From Amoebidium appalachense (lineage: Eukaryota; Protista; Ichthyosporea), in contig CAVNZM010000003.1 of NCBI GenBank assembly GCA_963693365.1, positions 10,384,101 to 10,448,100 of the forward strand: 64,000 bases of DNA. The letters run 5' to 3'. Position numbers and translations under genes: made by a program. Under the pieces are notes generated by a model. The model searched no databases, was not told where the DNA came from, and worked only from the letters and a program-made list of their open reading frames with translations. This document shows positions 42,265 through 64,000 of this stretch, piece by piece. Each line of letters starts with the position of its first letter. Positions within the stretch are counted from its first letter, which is position 1.

Positions 42265-42765
42265 GTACAAAGGAGACCTGAAGAGCGCGCGTATCACACA
42301 CATCCTTAAACCGCTTTGTTACCAACCAAATTTGTGTGTGTGTGCGTGTGTGCGTTTAATTTTGTGTCCGTGTGTGTAGTGGTGGTGGTGCTATGTAGTG
42401 GGGAGAGAGGGAGGGAGGGAGGGATATCGGGTTGGGGGTAGGGGAGAGGGGGGGAGGGGGGAGGGGGGGAGGGCTGCTCGGGCAGGCTTGTGGCATGGCC
42501 GTGGCCAGCGGTGGCTTCCAAATACAAACCAATCACCCTGCCATACCGAGAGCTTGAAAGTGCACCTCAACTATTATAGGTTTTCGCAATCATGTATGTA
42601 GTTGTGGCCATACAGAAATGAGCAGAAAGGTTGTTTGAATTCGTGGGCATACTTGCATCATAACAGCAAAAGATATCGTTTTCTAAAACTACCAGCCATA
42701 AACTCGGCCTATGATCACATGTTCATAAAAATGTCAACGGGAACCCAAATCTCCTTTAAATATTC

Positions 42766-42820
<55 letters not shown>

Positions 42821-43240
42821 GGAAAAGAAAAAGGAGAGATAAGAAAAAAGGTAGACAAAAAAGATAATCGGGCTCCATCATCGATGCGCTACAGACGCGC
42901 AGTAAATATGCACAAGGTGTTGCCCTTGATCAGTGAAGCACTGTCACAACATATAACCATGTGTCTATGCTTATGTACACCTGACGATCGTGGCCCAGTA
43001 TGATACAGCCTGGAAAACCCCGCCTTCTTTTCTAAGCATTAGCGAATACAAAGTGGGTGTCTTATGCCCTACTCCCCACAACACTTTGAATTTTCGCTCT
43101 TAGCCCTTCCTTCCACCTGAGCCGTGCCCGTGTCCCGCCACCCCGTCATTATTCCGGCCAGTGACGTCACCAACAGCCAATGAGGTGTCCTTGCTGTTGA
43201 GTGTGGAGGCGACCCGAACTGCCTGTTTCTTTGCTGTGGA

Positions 43241-44330
43241 TTATATATCGGCATCGCCTTTGTCGTGGGCAGCATGGGGAGAATGTGGTTGGACATGTCT
43301 GTTGGTGGTGGTGTGTGTAAAATTAGGAGGGGTGTCAATAACGAATTCGGTTGTGGTTGTTCGTGTGGGGTTGTAAATGGTTGGGGGCAGAGGGATTTCA
43401 TCCCGGTATTCGGTCGGGCAGAAGTTTGTGGGGGGCAGGGGGCCGCGTGGTTCGTTTTGCTGCGCCCATACAGCCAGTGCGTCTCGATCGTATGCCTGGG
43501 CTGCCTCAATGACTGATGCAAAATAGCCGAGATATTTACTACACCTGGCTGAATCAGTTCTAATACTTCGTTGCACTATGTAGGGCCGCTTGCGCAAGTG
43601 GGAATTGTGTTTCCAGGAGTACACCCCTATGCACCCATCTTTCTCTGCTTCCTCTCGGTTCAAATAATCGCTAGGAAGGAAAAAGTTTAACCGCAACAGT
43701 TTCTTTCGCTTGGGAATTTCCAACGCCCGTACCAGGTTGTCCCTCACAAGTGCCGCTTCCACCTCTGACGCGTGGTACCCGAGATGATGCACCCTGTAGC
43801 CCTCTTTATACGATGCTAGCCACGGCTTTTCCAGGCATTTGGGATGGTAGTACACTCCCCTGTAAGCTGACGTTTTCTTTTTTGTTGTTTTCTTTACCCA
43901 CCACTCCTCCACCCAATCCAAGTCAGCGGCTGTAGGTTTAAATTTGCGCAAATTCCCGAGGCTTACATTTTTAGAATCCAAGTATCGTTGAGCCAACATC
44001 CCCTTCTGCACCAAATAATCGATTGCTACATCCCGCTGACGCGCAGCCGTGCGACTATCGTCATAGCAACCGACATGCAAGTTCATTCCTATCACAGCAC
44101 GCCATTTTCCCGCTTTGGCCCTCGATGTTACTCCCCTATAGCGTTGGCCCGTGTCTTTCACATTTCGGGTTGCAAATGTGCAAACGGGCCCAAAGTGTGT
44201 CTGCCAGCCGCGCGCCCTTCCCTGCTCAGCGTCCCAAATCAGATATGGAGAAAAAAAGCGCTGATGTGTAATCCATTTTTTTTTTTGGGTTCCTGTTATT
44301 GCTCTAGGAAAAGTATATCGTAAGTGCACC
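43241..44330 (-). CDS. Protein with three AP2/ERF-like DNA-binding domains, copy B, main exon
   Basis: #1 QRYRGVTSRAKAGKWRAVIGMNLHVGCYDDSRTAARQRDVA; #2 SAYRGVYY...PWLASY...HHLGYHASEVEAALVRD...RLNF; #3 CIGVY...YLGYFASVIEAAQAYDRDALAVW...TNF. Homology with copy A continues in frame past the TAA to a shared donor at ~43118, so the stop may be premature. Confidence 0.85.
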
Positions 44331-44353
44331 TGCAGCTGAGCTTTACGATCATT

Positions 44354-44404
<51 letters not shown>

Positions 44405-44469
44405 CCTTCACATTCATACACCGGTACACCCATACATCAACCCATCACGAACTACAGAAAACCCAGTTA

Positions 44470-44706
44470 CACAAACACCTAACAGGTGGTTGGCCAAATT
44501 GGTGCATTGTGTCCTGAAGTTATTGGGGGTTGGATGGTGCCACACGTACAGTGGGCACGAATGTTGTGTTTTTTGATTTTTTCCACTTCTTTCTATTCGT
44601 TTTCTTTTTTCTTTTTCTTCTATTTTTCACTCTCTTTTTTCTTTATCAGAAAATAAACTGGGTAGAGGAGAATGGTGGTGGTGGTTGTGGTGGTGGTGGT
44701 GGTGGT

Positions 44707-44738
<32 letters not shown>

Positions 44739-44964
44739 GGGGGGGATGTATGTAGCACGCACGCGTGTGTGTGTCACTGTGTTTACGTGTGCCACACGCG
44801 TGCATGTGCGTGTTCGTGTGCGTGTGCGTGCATGTGTAGTAATACATGTTCATGTGTTAATGCAAGTGCATATAGGCTGTAGTGTACGTTTGTGTGTTTG
44901 CCAAGTGCGTGTGAGGGTTTGTGTGTGTTTGGGTATGACAATGTGTGTGTGTGGGTGTGTAAAA

Positions 44965-44996
<32 letters not shown>

Positions 44997-45134
44997 GAGG
45001 GGGGAAGGGGAGGCAGACATCCAAACCCACACCCACACCCAGACACCCACACCCACACAAGCAGAGAGAGGGGGGTGGGGAGAGAGAGAGAGAGTGTGTG
45101 TGTGTGTGCGTGTGTGTGTGAGAGGGAGAGGGGG

Positions 45135-45170
<36 letters not shown>

Positions 45171-46640
45171 GGAGAGAAGCACAGAGAGAGGGAGGGAGGG
45201 AGGGAGGGCGGGCGGGAGGGAGGGAGAGAGAGAGGGGGGGGGGGGGGGGGGGGGGGGGAGAGAGAGAGAGAGGGGGCGGGGGAGAGAGAGAGAGAGAGAG
45301 AGGGAGAGAGGGAGGGAGGGGGGGAGGGAGGGAGGGAGGGAGGGAGAGAGAGAGAGAAGAGGGAGGGGGGGGGAGGGGGGAGGGGGGAGGAGACCGGGGA
45401 CAGAGAAAAGGGGGTAGGCATGAGGACGACATACCGTTGCCAACATCCCAAAGGGAGACAACTGGCCAAGAGCAGTCACAGCGTGCTGAATGCCGAACAC
45501 AGCATGTTGGGGCCCTGTGCCGAACAGGAGTGAGATTTTTTTCCCGATCGTTGCCCCCCCCCCCCCCCCCCTACCTTTATGCCCCCACCCACCACCCCCC
45601 CCTCCTCCCCGTTCCCTTCCACCCATTGCTTCTGTCCACCATCACCACTAGAATAAACAGCGCGGGGAAGGGAAAATAGTGGGTGAATGAACATACACAA
45701 CACCAGCGGCTTGGCAATTGCAAACGACAGGAATACACTCAGCACGTACTCGATTCACTTTAAAGCGTATGTATGATGGTATAGTTTAGGGACAAAAGCG
45801 TAGAGATTAAGTTTCAGCGGTCAACGGAGACATATTTCCGGCAACACCACTACACACCTTTCCCCTGGGCCAGAGCATGTAGCGACCGTGTGCCCACCGA
45901 CAGGGTGGGGTTGGGAGTGACGCCACCCATGCATGCTGAACGGCTTCTCGTTGAAGCTGCCCATAGAACCCTCTGAATTGGAAAGTAAGCCGGGTAGAAG
46001 CCTTGGGAAAAGTGTGAAAACCGACAGGGAAGGCGTATTCAAGGGTATCGACTATACGCTACAAGCATAGAGTTTAAAAGAAGGAGTGAGATGCGGGGGG
46101 GGTTTCTGTGCGTCAAAGGGTAGTGTGTGCATGGGCTTTGTGCTGCGTCCAAACGCGCGTGTATGTGCGTCTGTGTGTATTGGCTGTGTGAGTGTATGTT
46201 TTACGGTTATGTGTGCAACAGGCAAGTTTTGTGTGCCTGCGCGCGCACGTGTGTGTGTGTGTGTGTGTGTCTGTATGTGTGTGTGCGCGCACACACACAC
46301 ACACAGGCTCACGCTGCACATGCGTGAATACAGTGTGTGCACACATAGCTGTGAGGGGTCGTTTTCTACACACACTCAACAGACATATGCTGAAGGCGTC
46401 ACGGTGTTTGTATATATCCTGTGGACATAGTTGCAAACACACTACAATCATAAATTGGATGGAATGCACATCTGCCATCATCTCTACACAACTCGCGACG
46501 TTGGTGCCCTCCCGGGTGTATGTTTGTATGTGTGTGCCTGGGGGGGTGAGGGAGGAGGGGGAATGTATACCTGTCCTATCGTGATTACATGTTTGGTCCC
46601 CGCGACAGCCACTCGAACCAAACTCCCGGTCAACATCCTC
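44470..46640 (-). other. Probable upstream exons of AP2 copy B
   Basis: Blocks conserved with copy A and bounded by AG/GT: 45858-46051 (VDTLEYAFPVGFHTFPKAST...GFYGQLQREA...RWAHGRYMLWPRGK), ~45434-45513 and ~46571-46640. The phases could not all be reconciled. Confidence 0.5.
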
Positions 46641-46712
46641 CTAGACCACACACGGTCAAAGCCAGCACAACTGAGGTAGCTGAGAAATAACCCTGGCTGG
46701 GGCGGGGCAAGG

Positions 46713-46753
<41 letters not shown>

Positions 46754-47289
46754 ATGGGAATAGCGCATGGGCTTTGGATAGACGGAGAGCGCCAGAAGGA
46801 GGAGGGAGGGGGGAGGGAGGGGGTGGGGGGGGGAGAGAGGGGGGGCAAGCTGACAAGTCCGTGCGTGCGGGGGGGGGGGGGGGGGAGGGAGGGGGGGGGG
46901 AAGGGGAGGGGTGAGGGGGGTCCCCACCGGGGGGAGAGGAGGTGGGGGGTGGGGTGGGGGGGGGGGGGGGGGGGGGGGGAAGGGGGGGGCCGAGGTGGAA
47001 AGCACCGCGGCTGCCGCCATCGCGACTTACTAAGCTTTCTGGTGATTTTTTTTCCGGGTTATAGTTTTCCGCTGGACTGATAGTTAAAGGCTTATGGTGG
47101 TAGAAAGATGGTAGAGGAATCGAAAGCAACTTGGCACGTATATTATTTGAGTTTAAGAGGCTCGCAAAAGAGGGGGAAGGGGATCAGGGACGGTTGTAGT
47201 AGGGTTAACGGGAGGGGAGGGGGGGGGGGGGGGGGGAGGGGGAGGGAGGAAGGGAGGGGAGGTGTGGGATGTATGGGAGTGTGTGTGTG

Positions 47290-47320
<31 letters not shown>

Positions 47321-47707
47321 AGGAGGGGGAGGGCGGCAGGGAGTGGCGGGGGGAGGGGGGGGGGGAGGGGGGGAGGAGACAACCTTACGGTTCAGTTTGT
47401 CGAAAACCCAGCGAATCAGTTGTATTCAGCTCGAAAAAGGCAACAAATAATCATGCCTTTTTCTTGTGCGTGCTCTCGCTGCTTCCAACCCCTGAAGCTA
47501 TTTTTTCCCCCCCTTGTTTCCGGGTTTCTTTTTAAAAGCCGGGCCTAGTCTCCAAGGCTATGCACCTACTGGCCTACGTAAGTGGCCGGGAGCACTACAA
47601 CGGCTGCGGCCCGGCTCAACATACCTTGTATGTTGCCGCAGGTCTAGGGGCAAACTCTAACACGTACTGACGTCACGGTTGCCGCACGTGCGACGTTATA
47701 CATCTAT

Positions 47708-49522
<1,815 letters not shown>

Positions 49523-51406
49523 GCTCTCGTTCTCTCTTTCTCTCTCTTTCTCTCTCTCGCTCCTTGCCCCCCCACCCCCCCCCCCCCCCCCGTTCTCTCT
49601 CTCTCCCTCTTCCCCCTTTCCCCCATCCCCCCGCCCCCCCGCCCCCGCCCCCTTCTCTTTCTCTCGCTCGCTCTTTCTCAGCTCATCTGAACCCCCACCA
49701 AAAGCAAGCCGTTCCAGCAGCAAACTTGTGCTCACACGGACACGCGTACAAACACGCAGGTGTACGCCCACATGTCCTACATTACACAAACACACGCCTG
49801 AACAACAATACAGTTCTCAGATTCGAGCGTGCACAGGGGGAAGTAGGGCGGGGGGGAAGGGGGGGGGGAGAGGATGGTGACAGACGGGGGAGAGAATGAG
49901 TGGGGGGGTTAGGGGAGGGAGAAGCAAGGAGAGGGGGAGGGAGAGAGAGAGAGAGAATGGGAAGCGGGGGACAAGGGGGTGGGAGGGGAATAAGGAATAA
50001 GAGACCAAGAGACCACATGCACGTATACCTACTACCCAATATACACAACTGTTGTTACTAATCGTACGCGTACCGCGACACAAAAAGGTCAAACGTCTTG
50101 GCACAGCCCAAGCCCTTCACTGTTCAACACTCAGTGATATAGAGGCCGGTTTCTGCATAACAGGGTGTGTACGGTGTACATCCTTAGTGAGGCACATACG
50201 ATGAACAAGGTACCAATAATTTATAAATTACTGAAATTTTGCTCCTCTCCGTGGAATGTCTGACTACTATTCGTGAAAAAAAAAAAAAAAAGGAGAAAGA
50301 AACAAGAAGAAACGAAAAGAAACGGACACGGCCGCTCGTTCCGCATTCCAGCGGGTGCGCGGTTATCCAATGGTCATGCGACCAGAGTCTAGACCACCCT
50401 CACGAATAAACTGTGGCATTTTTGGCTCCGGCACACACACAGTGTTCAGAAATTTTTACGTGTAGCCTAGGTGTAATGGAGTGTAGCGATTGCAGGCACA
50501 AAACAAGATAGTGACAGCAAGCGTGCAATAGAGAGAAAGACAGAGTGCATACACTTTTATTGTACACGCATACTACAAAAGGTTTGGGAAATTGGTGAGT
50601 TTGGACAAGAGTGGAAAATCGTTATCCTGTGCTAATTCATGTGTGAACACACGAATGGGCAGCATTACCAGAAGTTTGTGCCTTTTCCAACCTCTAAGCG
50701 AAACAAAAAAATATCGTAGCTTCTTCTTTTTCTGCTTGGTCAACAAAGCGTCGCCGGTCAACAGCTCTTCTTTCCTGCCTCGGGGATCTCACACTACCAC
50801 CACACCGAATAATCTAGGTGCGATGAACCACTCAAAAGCATGTGTCCCGCTGTTTTTTGGGAAAAGCGCTGGGGTGAGGAGCGGAGAAGGGGCAATGGGA
50901 GGACCCGGAAGGGGGGGGGGGGGGGGGAGGGGGGGGAGAAGGGGGGGAGGGGAGAAAAGCACGACATCTTCTATTAGGCATTTTTCCGAGACCCTCAAAG
51001 CCGTCTTTCCAATCAGGGCATTGACATAAATCCTCTCCTGTTCCTCACCTTTGTTGCCACGTTGTCGTTTCTGCCACGCACTTTCGTTTGAATTCATGAG
51101 AATGTAGGTTAAAGGACATTGCACGTAGCACCTTTTCATTTGAATACAACCTCCGGTATTATTTAACTCGTCCCCCGCCTCCCTTCCCCCTTCCCTCTTC
51201 CCCTGTCCTCTCTTCCCGGCGTTCACTTTCACTTCACAACCGCCGGAGACACCCAGGTTTTCAGTTAAAGCTTTTGCGGTTACTGCCCCCCCCTTCCCCT
51301 GCCGGTCTCCCTCTGTCACCTAAGCGTACCTACCTGCTCCCTATACCTACCCCCCCCCCCCCCCCCCCCCCCACCCACCCACCCACCCCTCTTTCCCCCA
51401 AACCCT

Positions 51407-51478
<72 letters not shown>

Positions 51479-51731
51479 CGAAGGAGAAAATTTGAGGACA
51501 GCTGTGCAAATGACTGAGCGTCCTCCGCAAGCCTTCCGCAACTTACAGTCATCATAATCCCCCCCCCCCCCCCCCCCCCCCCCCCACCCCCTTCCCCCCT
51601 TCCCCGTTTATCTCTCTTTCCGGCCCCCTTGCATTGCCCTTTATCTCATTTCTTTAGTTGGTTTATTTTTTTTTTTTTGCCCACACAATTTCGGTTCTAA
51701 CCTCCATAAATAGGCCTTTGCACCATGCAAG

Positions 51732-64000
<12,269 letters not shown>

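Overview
Eukaryotic genomic window, saturated with microsatellites ((GT/CA)n, (GA/TC)n) and long G/C/A homopolymers; a unicellular opisthokont is an inference from the PKC-like gene. From left to right: (i) a decayed THAP-HTH-DDE (ISL2EU/PIF-Harbinger-like) transposase running off the left edge; (ii) an AP2-domain gene split by a full-length non-LTR retrotransposon (ORF1, APE-RT, 11-bp TSD) with unusual ends; (iii) Helentron-like termini at 13.9 and 40.5-40.7 kb; (iv) an Ngaro-type tyrosine-recombinase retrotransposon (18738-38111, split direct repeats) carrying a nested Ty1/Copia element, with a ~6.94-kb tandem duplication of part of the nest; (v) a paralogous gene with three AP2 domains at 43.1-46.6 kb; (vi) a 5'-truncated second copy of the LINE; (vii) a host gene of at least 13 exons from 51.7 kb to the right edge encoding PB1-like + PKC pseudosubstrate + two C1 domains, several of whose introns end in (CA)n instead of a polypyrimidine tract. 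Comparing repeated copies shows a recurrent signature of short inverted-templated insertions. Most ORFs in the supplied track are microsatellite artefacts. All calls come from reading motifs by eye; no database search was run.
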